A stretch of 64,000 bases of DNA from Blepharisma stoltei ATCC 30299 (Eukaryota > Protista > Ciliophora), in the NCBI GenBank assembly GCA_965603825.1, contig CBFDEM010000061.1, positions 62,001 to 126,000 of the forward strand, written 5' to 3'. Below are positions 25,594 through 37,400 of this stretch, one piece after another. How positions within the stretch are numbered: position 1 is the first letter of the stretch; each line of letters begins with the position of its first letter. A model generated the notes under the pieces. It was not told where the DNA came from. It made no database searches and saw nothing but the letters and a program-made list of their open reading frames with translations. A program made the translations under genes and the position numbers.

Positions 25594-28354
25594 CTAAATC
25601 TGCATTTTTTGGAGTAGCTCAAAACGGTCTCTTCCTAATACGTCGTTAATAAACTTGATATCCTCTTCAGAAAGTTTTCATTCGCCCCCAGTGAAAACAT
25701 CACTTACTTGACTTCCTTGCTTCAAATTATAAGCCGTATTAAAGTCCTGCAAAGTAGCTTCTTCCTCTCTGAGATTATTAAATACTCTAGCACGGTTGCA
25801 AAAAAGCAAAGGATTATCGGGTTCAAGGTTGATTGCCTCATCATAGCATTGTATTGCTTCTTGATATCTCTCTAAAACATAAAAAGTATTGCCTTTATCA
25901 TTATAATACTTGGCATTACTTGGATTGATTTTGATTGCTTTGTTATAGCTTTTTATTGCTTCAGGATATCTACCTAATTTATATAAAGCAGATCCTTTCT
26001 TCCAGTAAATATCATTATCATAGGTTGGTCAGATTTCGAGGGCTTTGTCAAAGCATTCGATTGCTTCTATATATCTTTGTAAATCATAAAAAGCGTTGCC
26101 TTTATAATTGTAATAATCAGGATTGTTTGGATTGAGTTTGATTGCTTCATCATAGCATTCGATTGCTTCTAGATATCTTTCCAAAACATCGAAAACGGCG
26201 CCTTTATTATCGTAAAAAATAGCGTTTGGATTGAGTTTGATTGCTTCATCATAGCATTCAATTGCTTCATAATATCTTTTTAAACGAGAAATAGCGTTGC
26301 CTTTATTGTTGTCTATATAATCATAGCCTGGACTGAGTTTGATTGCTTTGTCATAGCATTCGATTGCTTCTAGATATCTTTGTAACTTATAAAAAGCGTT
26401 GCCTTTATGATAGTATGCAAAAAGATCTCTTGGATAGAGTTTGATTTCTTCGTCAAGGAAATTAATTTTCGCTAGATTTTCTCCTAAAGTACTTAGAGCA
26501 ATATCTTTTACATTGCATTCATCCAGATAAGAAGGATCAATATTAAAATCCTGGTTATTGCATTTTATTGCTTCAATCTTTTGGCCTACTCTTTTAAGCG
26601 AGATTGACTCATTACCGTAAGCAACATCAATAATTTTTTTCTGATCTAAATTAAAATAAAAATATTCTCTAACCGATTTATAAATCGTTGAGATCCATAT
26701 TCCTCCTTTATTATATGAACAATACACTTGATCAGGATGACAATTAATTTTTGATTTTCCTATTCGCTTTCAATTCGAGTAAATTCCAATTTCGCTTTCA
26801 TATATTAATCCATTTTCGCATTCAATCAGATATAGTCTCTCTATATTTATTAGGATTTTTCATTTGTCTCGACCAAAATCATAAGGTATTATTGAGAAAG
26901 AGTCAATATCAATTGAGTATAGCAAAAGATTTCTACTTGCATATCCAGAAATCAAAATATTTCCATTCAATATTATGCTATTGCATTTCAAGATATCTTT
27001 TGACATTGGAGCTAATTGAATTCATCGATTTTGATCTAAATCAAATCTACTAGATGGAGCTCAATAACCTCTATTTCATCCTATAAAGCAATAGACGCTG
27101 TTGTTGAAATAGATATATGATGATCTCTCATGAGGAGTTCCAGATGTCAGCACTTCGAATCTACCATTCACATCAATCAGAACTGTAATCCCAGAAAGTT
27201 TAGTATTAGCACAACAGAATAGCTTGCCGTTTGGAAGTTGAGTTATGCAAGGAAATCTCTTTAGTGGTTGTGGAGTCTGCAAGGTCTTGACTTCTTCGGT
27301 TTCAGTTTCAGTGTTATATATAATTAAATTAATTCTGTTGCTTTTATTTCTAGGTATATTATATCTAGGTATATTATAAAGAGATGTCTTTTGTTGATAA
27401 GCTTGAATGTAATCTTGGTAAGCTTTCATAAGTGATGGATCATAAAAACTAAAATTGTCTTGATATGCTAAGCAAGTTGTTCTGAAATCCATCTCTAATT
27501 CTGGATTGTTTGGTCTACTCAAAATCTCAGCTGTTTTATTTCTTAAGGTATCTATAGCGTTCAAAGCGCTTTCTGTTTCTTTTTGTTTGCTGTTGAGATC
27601 ACTAGAAGCAGTGCTTATTTGAAAATTAAGCAAGCTTGCCTTATTTTCTGGGGGTTTTTTATTGGCTTGTTTGCGTTTTCAGGCTCTTTCAAACTATCAC
27701 TGTTCTCATTTATTATTAAGGAAATCGAATCCTTAGCGTTTGCTGACTCTATACTTGTTGGCTTCATAATTTTATTATCCATTTCAAGAGGACTTTGCAT
27801 ATTCTTTTTTTCTATATATGCCCTGGATATTTCTGTAAAGAAAGGTCTATTTAGACTTTTTAACTTTTGCTTGAATATATAAAACAGCTTTGCGCCATTG
27901 TATCAATTTCTGCTAGCTATGGTCATCAATTTTACTTTCTCAATAGCTTCTTGAGGCTGTAAACTCAATAATCCTAAAATTGGATCTTCTTCTGACTTTA
28001 ATAGTTTTGTAGCTTGGGAAATCTTTACCAAAAAATCATTTATTTCATCTGAATAACAATTGAGTTTGCTTGTGAAATCTCCTAAATCTTTTTCTGAATT
28101 ATGGCTATAGGAATCTATAATTTTTCTTGTTAACTGCTATATTTTGACTTTTCTTTGGTAAGGAATTCAAGAATTGCTTCTTTTGTCCCTACATAAGGCT
28201 GCATAAAAATCGATTCAAGACTATGAACTCTATTAGGCAAGTTTACATGCTCCCCGATATGCTCTCTGCGCAATAAAGTCTCAAGAGAAGAGCATTTGCA
28301 TGAATGCTCAACCTCATTCATACACCTTGGCTCGAAACATTTCTTAGCCATCAT
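25594..28354 (-). pseudogene. Zn-finger (B-box-like)/coiled-coil/Kelch-like/TPR gene, copy I (two -1 frameshifts)
   Basis: N-terminus MMAKKCFEPRCMNEVEHSCKC...EH.EH. Single-base deletions versus copy II at ~28133 and ~27654. From 27633 the frame is open (TGA=W) through Kelch-like blades (QLPNGKLF, NSVYCF, FDLDQNRWIQLAPM) and ~7 TPRs (KGNAFYxLxRYxEAIECYDxAIKLNP) to TAG at 25594. Confidence 0.8.
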
Positions 28355-28519
28355 ATAATTATTATCTAATTTATATAAGGATATATTTTTTTTTAATTAT
28401 AAGAAACAATTTATCTCATCTAAAATTTAATTCCTCAAGAATTAAGCCAATCGAAGAGAGGCAGAACTTGCTAGGCAATTCTTAGAACAATACTAACTTA
28501 CTTTTAACTAATCATTTTA

Positions 28520-29449
28520 TTAGATTTTTAATTCATTCAATCTCTTTTCATTCAAATCAAACTTGAAGTAGTAAGATCCATCTATTCCAATATATATTTC
28601 TCCTTTATTATATGAACAATACACTTGATCAGCTCTGCAATTGATTTTTGTTGTTTTTCCTATTGGTCTCCAATTCATGTAACTTCCAATTTCGCTTTCA
28701 TAGATATCTCCTCTATTATCACATTCAATCAAATAAAGTCTCTCTGCATTTATCAGAACCTTTCTTTTCCATGTAGCAAACTCATAAGGAATTGTCGAGA
28801 AAGAGTCAATATCAATTGAGTATAGCAAAAGATTTCTTCTATAATAATATCCAGAAATCAAAATATTTCCATTAAATATTATACTATTGCACTTGAAATT
28901 AGATTTTGGCATCGGAGTTAATTTAATTCATCGATCTCTAATCAAATCAAATCTACTAGATAGAGTTAAAGTACCTTCATTATCTCCTCCAAAGCAATAG
29001 ACGCTGTTGTTGAAATAGATGCATGATGATCATTCACAAGGAGTTCCAGACGGCAGCACTTCGATTCCACCATTTGTATCAATTAGTACTGTATATCCAG
29101 AAAGTACACAATTACCAAAACAGAATAGCTTGCCATTTGGAAGTTGAGTTATGGAAGTTGATAAGTCTAGTGGTTGTGGAGTCTGCAAGGTTTTGACTTC
29201 TTGGGTTTTAGTTTCAGTGTTATAAACAATTAAATCAGTTTCCTCATTATCACGTTTAAGATTATAAAGAGATGTTCCATGCTGACAAGAATTAAGATAA
29301 TCTTGGTAAGCTTGCATTAGTGGTGGGCCATGAAGACTAGGATTAATTTGACTCACTGAACAATTTGCTCTGAAATCCATCTCAATTTCTGGATTGTTTG
29401 ATTTGCTTAAAATCTCAGCTGTTTTATTTCTTAAGGCTAGTTCTACCAT
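28520..29449 (-). CDS. Stand-alone Kelch-like beta-propeller protein K1 (309 aa)
   Basis: ORFs 29030-29470 and 28520-28912 join in frame via TGA=W. ATG at 29449 (MVELALRNK). Motifs LPNGKLFCFG, SVYCFGG, RFDL..DRWIKLTPMP. Confidence 0.82.
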
Positions 29450-29642
29450 TATGTCTATTATACAATACAAAGTAACTTTCTAAATTTTTCAGTGAAGCTT
29501 GCTATACAAGCAAATTCAATTACTTAGTAAGAATTTATGACAAAAAGCAATTTATCTTACTTTAAATTCAGTATCAATCAAAAAGAGGCAGAACTTGTTA
29601 GGAAATTTTTAAAACATTACTTACTTATTTTAACTAATCATT

Positions 29643-30572
29643 TTATGACATTTTTAATTCAATCAATCTCTTTTTATTCAAATCAAACTTGAAGAAATAA
29701 GATCCCTCTATTCCAATGTATATTCCTCCTTTATTATATGAGCAATACACTTGTCAGGCTCTGCGAGTGATTATTGATATTCTCCCTGTTGGTCTCCAAT
29801 TCATGTAACTTCCAATTTCGCATTCATAGATAGCTCCTTCATTGCATTTTATCAAATAAAGTCTATCTGCATTTATCAGGATCTTTCTTTTCCCAATTTC
29901 AAACCAAAAAGGAATTGCCGAGAAAGAGTCAATATCAATTGAGTATAACAAAAGATTTTCTCCTATATATCCAGAAATCAAAATATTTCTATCAAGCATA
30001 ATGCTATTGCAATTGAAATCAGGCCCTGGCATTGGAGTTAATTGAATTCACCGATTCTGATCTAAATCAAATCTACAAGATAGAGTTAAAGTAGTTTTTT
30101 TATTTTGTCCTCCAAAGCAATAGACGCTTTTGTTGAAATAGATGCATGATGAAAATCTAATAGGAATTCCAGATGGCAGCACTTCGACTCCACCATTTCT
30201 ATCAACTAAGACTGTAGTTCGAGAATACTTATCGTCACCAAAACAGAATAGCTTGCCATTGGGTAGTTGAGATATGCAAGCGGAATAGTCTAGTGGTTTT
30301 GGAGTCTGTAAGATTATGACTTCTTGGGTGTCAGTTTCAGTGTTATAAATATATAAATTAGTTTTTTTATCAACTTTTCAAATGCTATAAAGAGATGTTC
30401 CGATTTGGCAAGTGTTAAGATAATTTCGGTAAGCTTGCATTAGTGGTGGGTCGTAAAGACTAGGATTGATTTGAGGCGCTGAGCGAGTTTTTCTGAAATC
30501 CATCTCTAGTTCTGGATTTTTTGGTCTATTCAAAACCTCAGCTGATTTATTTCTTAAGGTTAGTCCTCCCAT
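29643..30572 (-). CDS. Stand-alone Kelch-like beta-propeller protein K2 (309 aa)
   Basis: Single frame from MGGLTLRNK (30572) through three TGA codons to TAA at 29643. Collinear with K1. Confidence 0.82.
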
Positions 30573-30810
30573 TATGTTTATTATTACAAGACAAATTAAA
30601 TTTCTAAGTGTATCATATTGATGGAAAATGAGAACACGATAGTTAGCAGCAGAAATGGTATTGCACGATTCAATTGTGGAGATAAATGTTAGTAAGGATT
30701 TGTGACCAAAAAAATTGTCTTATCTCAAATTCATTTCCAATCGAAAAGAGGCAGAACTTGTTAGGCAATTCTTAGAGCACTACTTACTTACTTTTACTAA
30801 CCATTTTATA

Positions 30811-31734
30811 CTATTTTAATTCAATCATTCTCTTTTCATTCAAATCAAATTTGTAACAGTGATATCCCTCAATTCAAAAGTATATTCCTCCTTTATTATA
30901 TGAGCAATACATTCAATCAACTATATAGTTGATTTTTGTTGTTTTTCCTATTGGTCTCCAATTCATGCAACTTCCAACTTCACTTTCATACATTTTCCCG
31001 TTTTTATCGCATTCAATCAAATAAACTCTACTTGCATTTATCAGGATCTTTCTTCTTCCTTCAATAAACTCATAAGGAATTGTCGAGAAAGAGTTAACAT
31101 CGATTGAATATAACAAAAGATTTCCATACCACTTTCCAGAAATCAAAATATTACCATTAAACATTACACTATGACATTCATAATCGCCATTTGGCATCGG
31201 AGTTAATTGAATTCATCGATTCTGATCTAAATCAAATCTACTAGATAGAGGTAAAAAACATTGATTATATCCTCCAAAGCAATAGACGCTTTTGTTGAAA
31301 TAGATGCATGATGATCATCCACAAGGAGTACCGGATGGCAGCACTTCAACTTGATAATTTTAATCAATTAGCACTGTATATCCAGAAAGTAAATGATTAC
31401 CAAAGTAGAATAGCTTACCATTTGGAAGTTGAGCTATGCAAGTTCTTGAGTCGAGTGGTTGTGGAGTCTGCAAGGTTATGACTTCTTGGGTTTTAGTTTC
31501 AGTGTTATAAATATTTAAAGTAGTTTTTTTGTTTTCATAGTTAAGATTATAAAGAGATGCTCCTTGTTGACAAGGATTAAGATAATCTTGGCAAGCTTGT
31601 AACAGTGGTGGTTTATAAAGACTAGGATAGAGTTGACTCGCTGAGTAATTTGCTCTGAAATCCATCTCTAGTTCTGGATTGTCTGGCCCACTCAAAATCT
31701 CAGCTGATTTATTTCTTAAGGTTAGTCCTCCCAT
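30811..31734 (-). pseudogene. Stand-alone Kelch-like gene K3 with one in-frame TAA
   Basis: Collinear with K1/K2 in one frame, but VLID-TAA-NY at 31360-31362 where paralogs have ACA/AGA/GTG. Ends TAG at 30811. Confidence 0.78.
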
Positions 31735-31846
31735 TACGTCTATTATTGCAACACAAAGTAAATTTCTAAATTTTTTGGTGAAACTAGATATATAGAAGCT
31801 CTAATTTATATAAGGAAAAGATTTATTTAGACGAAGCCTAATTATT

Positions 31847-34337
31847 CTAAATCTGCATTTTTTGGAGCAGCTCAATACGGTCTCTCCCTAATACGTCGTT
31901 AATAAACTTGATATCCTCTTCAGAAAGTTTTCATTGACCCCCAGCGAAAACATCACTTACTTGATTTCCTTGCTTCAAATTATAAGCCGTATTAAAGTCC
32001 TGCAAAGCAGCTTTTTCCTGTCTGAGATTATTAAATACTCTAGCACGGTTGCAAAAATGCAAAGGATTATCGGGTTCAAGTTTGATTGCCTCATCATAGC
32101 ATTGTATTGCTTCTTGATATCTCTCTAAAACATAAAAAGTATTGCCTTTATCATTATAATACTTGGCATTACTTGGATTGATTTTGATTGCTTTGCTATA
32201 GCTTTCTATCGCTTCTGGGTATCTATCTAATTTATATAAAGCAGATCCTTTCTTCCAGTAAATATCACCATCATAGCTTTGTCTGAGTTTCGATTGCTTT
32301 GTCAAAGCATTCGATTGCTTCTATATATCTTTGTAAATCATAAAAAGCGTTGCCTTTATTATTGTAATAATCAGGACTTGTTTGGATTGAGTTTGATTGC
32401 TTCATCATAGCATTCGATTGCTTCTAGATATCTTTCCAAAACATCGAAAACGGCGCCTTTATTATCGTATAAATATAGCCTGTTTGGGTTGAGTTTGATT
32501 GCTTCATCATAGCATTCGATTGCTTCATAATATCTTTTTACATGAGAAAAAGCGTTGCCTTTATTATTGTATAAATCACCAGCTGCTCTGGATCTGAGTT
32601 TGATTGCTTTGTCATAGCATTCGATTGCTTCTATGATATCTTTGTAAACGATAAAAAGCGTTGCCTTTATCATAGTATAAACTAGCATTGCTTGGATTGA
32701 GTTTGATTTCTTCGTCAAGGAAATTAATTTTCGCTAGATTTTCTCCTAAAGTACTTAGAGCAATATCTTTTACATTGCGTTCATCCAGATAAGAAGGATC
32801 AAGATTAAAATCCTGGTTATTGCATTTTATTGCTTCAATCTTTTGTCCTACTCTTTTAAGTGCGATATGCTTATTATAGTAAGCAGCATCAATAAGTATT
32901 TTTTGATTTAAATTAAAATAATAATATTCTCTAGCCCAATTATAAATCGCTGAGATTCATATTCCTCCTTTATTATATGAACAATACACTTGATCAAGAT
33001 TACAATTAATTTTTGATTTTCCTATTCGTCTCCAATTCGAGAAACTTCCAATTTCGCTTTCATAGATTAATCCATTATCGCATTCAATCAAATATAGTCT
33101 TTCTACATTTATCAGGATCTTTCATCTATTTCGACTAAATTCATAAGGTATTGTTGAGAAAGAGTCAATATCAATTGAGTATAACAAAAGATTTTCATTT
33201 AGAAGCCCAGAAATCAAGATATTTCCATTTATAATTATGCTATTGCATTTGTAGTCTCCTTTTGGCATTGGAGCTAATTGAATTCATCGATTTTGATCCA
33301 AATCAAATCTACTAGATAGAGATAAATAACCTCTTTTTCATCCTCCAAAACAATAGACACTCTTGTTGAAATGTATAAATGATGATCACTCATGAGAAGC
33401 TCCAGATGGCAGCACTTCGAATCCACCATTCACATCAATCAGAACTGTAATCCCAGAATGGTTAGTATTATCAAAACAGAATAGCTTGCCGTTTGGAAGT
33501 TGAGTTATGCAAGTGAATCTGCTTAGTGGTTGTGGAGTCTATAGCGTTTAAAGCGTTTTCTGGTTCTTTTTGTTTACTGTCGAGATCACTAGAAACAGTG
33601 CTTATTTGAAAATTAAGCAAGCTTGCCTTATTTTCTGGGGTGTTTTTTATTGGCTTGTTTGCAAGCCCTTTTAAACTATCAATATTCTCATTTATTATCA
33701 ATGAAGTCGAATCCTTAGCATCTGCTAACTCTATACTTGCTACCTTCTTAATTTTATTATCTATTTCAGTAGCATTTTGCATATTCCTTATTTCTAGATA
33801 AGCCCCACATATTTCTGTAAAGAAAGGTCTATTTAGACTTTTTAACTTTTCCTTGAAAATGTAAAACAGCTTTGCACCGTTGTATCAATTTCTGCTAGCT
33901 ATGGTCATCAATTTTACTTTCTCAATAGCTTCTTGAGGCTGTAAACTCAATAATCCTAAAATTGGATCTTCTTCTGACTTTAATAATTTTGTAGCTTGGG
34001 AAATCTTTGCAAAGAAATCATTTATTTCATCTGAATAACAATCGAGCTTGCTTGTGAAATCTCCAAAATCATTCTCTGAATTATGGATATAAGAATCTAT
34101 AATGTTTCTTCTCAACTCGCTATATTTTAACTTTTCTTTTGTAAGGAATTCAAGAATTGCTTCTTTTGTCCCTTCGTAAAGCTGCATAAAAATTGATTCA
34201 AGATTATGAACTCCATGAGGCAAATTTACATGCTCCCTGATATGCTCTCCGCACAATAAAGTCTCAAGAGAAGAGCATTTACATGCATACTCAACCTCAT
34301 TCATACACCCTGGCTCGAAACATTTCTTGGCCATCAT
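31847..34337 (-). pseudogene. Zn-finger/coiled-coil/Kelch-like/TPR gene, copy II (275-bp deletion and three +1 insertions)
   Basis: Open from 34337 to a deletion junction at ~33540 that shifts the frame (stop at 33468). The Kelch and TPR parts are collinear with copy I, with extra single bases at ~32636, ~32377 and ~32291. Ends TAG at 31847. The 3' flank is identical to that of copy I. Confidence 0.78.
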
Positions 34338-34438
34338 ATAATTATTATCTATATAGACTTTTCTAATTTCTTATTGTTTATTCTTAAATTTTATCATTTT
34401 TATGTATTTTTAAGTTATTGAATGAGATTATAATAAAA
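34338..34438. promoter_or_regulatory. 101-bp AT-rich spacer between divergent start codons (probable bidirectional promoter)
   Basis: The ATG of copy II (-, 34337) and the ATG of gene E (+, 34439) are back to back. No specific motif was identified. Confidence 0.45.
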
Positions 34439-37400
34439 ATGCTAGGGATCTTTATTTTAATCGCTCATGCTGTTTTAGTTCTTTCAGCTTGCCCAAATGA
34501 TAGTTTAGATGTAGGTGGAAGACTTAGCTGTAATAAGCCAAAATACATGACTGACAACCTTATATGTACAGAGGAGTGCCCAACTCGCTTTTCAGATGAA
34601 TATACTTGTCCTAGCTGCTATAAATATTGTGATGGGCCTGATCCGTCAAATACAATTTTATTCACTTTAGAATTTTCTGGTTTTCAAGATTTTACGCTTG
34701 ACAGAATCCAGGATCCCAGTGGAACAGAATTTTTAAACCCAGGAGGAATCTCATTTAATGATCCATCACAAAATTCCCCGTTACCTACCTTAGACCGAGG
34801 CTTTTATTTTGCCCCTACATCTGGGATGTCCAGCAGCACAAGCTTTATCCCAGGTCTTTATTTTATTTTAAATTTATGAATAAAAGCTCTTGATGGTGGA
34901 GAAATTTTAAACGTCCTTATTGACCCAATTTCTTATATAAGAATATCTTCAGTCCTTGGGTTATATCAATTTGATGCTTTGATTAAAGGCTCAGACGGAT
35001 CACAATATTCTGTTTCAGAGATGAGTGGAAATTCATATTCTTCATCTTGGCATTATGTGTCAATTTATTTTAGTCAGGATAATTGTAATACAGCATCATT
35101 CAGCATTGATGCTGATGGAGGTACAGATTATAGCACGTCATGAGCTGATTCTGAGATGAGTTTTCCTAGTGGGACTTATAATTGAAATCTTGGATCTACA
35201 AGTACATATAATTCGTTTAAAGGGTTTATTTATTGGCTTCAAACAAGAGTCGATAATGAAGTAAATAGCCCAACGTCGGCTCCAACGGTTGATTGTGCTG
35301 ATAAGCAGTACTGAGATGGAACTAATTGCAATGACTGTAATAATTCATGCCCAAATTGGCCTTGATGCATTAGAAGCGACTGCTCAATTTGCTATTCGCC
35401 AGATTGTAGCTCTTGTACTGGGTATTCTTTTGCAACTTGCTCTGCATGCACTACAGGAGTCCTTCCATTATGCTGTGACCATCTAGCAACAGAATGCACC
35501 CAAACTTGGACTAGCACATTATGTAATTTTGGGTTACCTAGCGCAGGAGTTTGCTTGTATGGGACTCCGTATGGGGCATGGGACTGTGGAGGTTATTATT
35601 GTTTTACAGTTTTAACAGCTGATTTTAATACCCCATTTGCTGGGGCATATGGTTCAGAATTTATTACTGGTAGTAGCTCTTCAAGCTATAATTATTGGAA
35701 TAGTCCAGAAGCGTCTGATCCATTGCCAGCTAAAAATAGAGGCCTTTATTTTGATTCGAATAGGGTTTTGAGTGGGTCTATAAACTTATCTAATACTTGG
35801 AGCATAGGAATTTGGGCTTATGTTATTTCTGGGGTTCTAATTAGTGCTGGCTCAAATAAACTTAATTTTAGGACTATAGGAGCTATTGATTTTGACTTAG
35901 AAACTTGAGACGGCACAAAAGTAAGCTACACTGTATCAAATCCTCTAGCTTTAAAAACATGAAGTTACATTTCTTGTTCAGTTGGGTTTGCTAATAAATC
36001 TACAACAATAACTCCTTATTTAAATATGATACCTGGGACAGCACTTACAGTTGCAAATAGCGTATTTAGGTTTCCAGATGGTGGAAAGCTGTATATAGGC
36101 TCAGGTCTTCCAAAATTTAAAGGCTTTATAAGCTATTTTCAGCTATGAGGAGAAACCATTACAGACTTTTCTACGCCCTATAATCTTTATGGCTTTACAG
36201 GCGGAGTGGTATCAACCTTATGGCCATGCGAGTATTCTTATTATTATGATGGAAGCAATTGCCAGCCATGCTTAGGCTCTTGTACAATGGGCTGCACTAG
36301 AGGGACATCTTGCTATATTTGTGACGATATTTTATGTGCCAAATGCTTATCTTTTTTACCAAACAGCTGCACGCTATGCATTTCTAATGCTTCTGGACCT
36401 CCTTGCCAATGCAATCCTGGATTTTATCAACCTGCAAACCAAGCTCTTTGCTCTCCTTGCCATACAAAATGTGCTTCTTGTGTAGGGTCTTTAGACACTT
36501 TATGCACTTCCTGCAATTCTGGCTATTTTTTATATATTAATAAGGTATGTCTACTTAACTGCCCAACAGGATATATAGAGAATTTCTCAACAAAAATTTG
36601 CACATTTTCATCAGCAACTGGGTTAAGTTTATCCCTTTACGACCAAATAAAGCTCGATTCAGTCTCAGGGGTACAAGTTGGGCCTACCAGTAATGTTTAT
36701 CCAACCTATGAGACAGGCGATCCATACCCTCAGTATCTACAAGGGTATTATTTTAAATCATCAAGCTATATGTTAACAAATACTGTGATAGGCCCATATT
36801 TTACTATATCTATATGAGTATTTCCAACATCTTCAGGCCCAATTGTTAGTAAAATAGTTTCAGGTGTACAAATTTTTTGTTTGGAACTCAATGGTGGATT
36901 TCCCAAACTTTCGCTTTCTCTCAGTGATTCTTCGTCATTTTCTGTTTTATCATCTCAGAATATCCTGATAAGCAGCTGGAGTTTTGTTTCATTTACAGGA
37001 AAAATTGATTCAAGCAGCACAGTGACCATAAACTCATATTTTAACTCAATATCTACAGGGTCAGGCAGCTCTTCAACACAAACTTATTTTCAGGACCTAA
37101 ATACTGGTACTCTTTATATTGGAAATGCAGGCACAAGTGGATTTGAAGGTTTTTTATACAATTTAAAAATTTTTAATTCAGCAAGTTATTATATCAACGA
37201 CTATAAAACTTCAAGCTGCACTTCTCCATGCACTCAGTGTCCTAGTGACTATAACTGTCCTAAAACTTGCCCATTTTTGGAGTTTTATAATGTATCAGCT
37301 TGTGAAAGTTGTGCAGGATCATGCACCAATGGGTGTAGATATAGCAGTTCTACCGGCACATGCACCCTTTGTAAGACTCTACAATGTTATGTATGTGATT

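Noticed and set aside
25730-26420. Regular ~100-bp nucleotide repeats resembling a CRISPR-like array
   Set aside because: They are the coding sequence of ~34-aa TPR units.
31350-31375. Tiny (15-16 nt) intron rescuing the TAA in K3, or the stops in C
   Set aside because: There is no GT..AG of that size around the K3 stop, and the sequences are collinear with paralogs with no extra bases. Frame-preserving 15-nt introns elsewhere cannot be excluded without RNA-seq.
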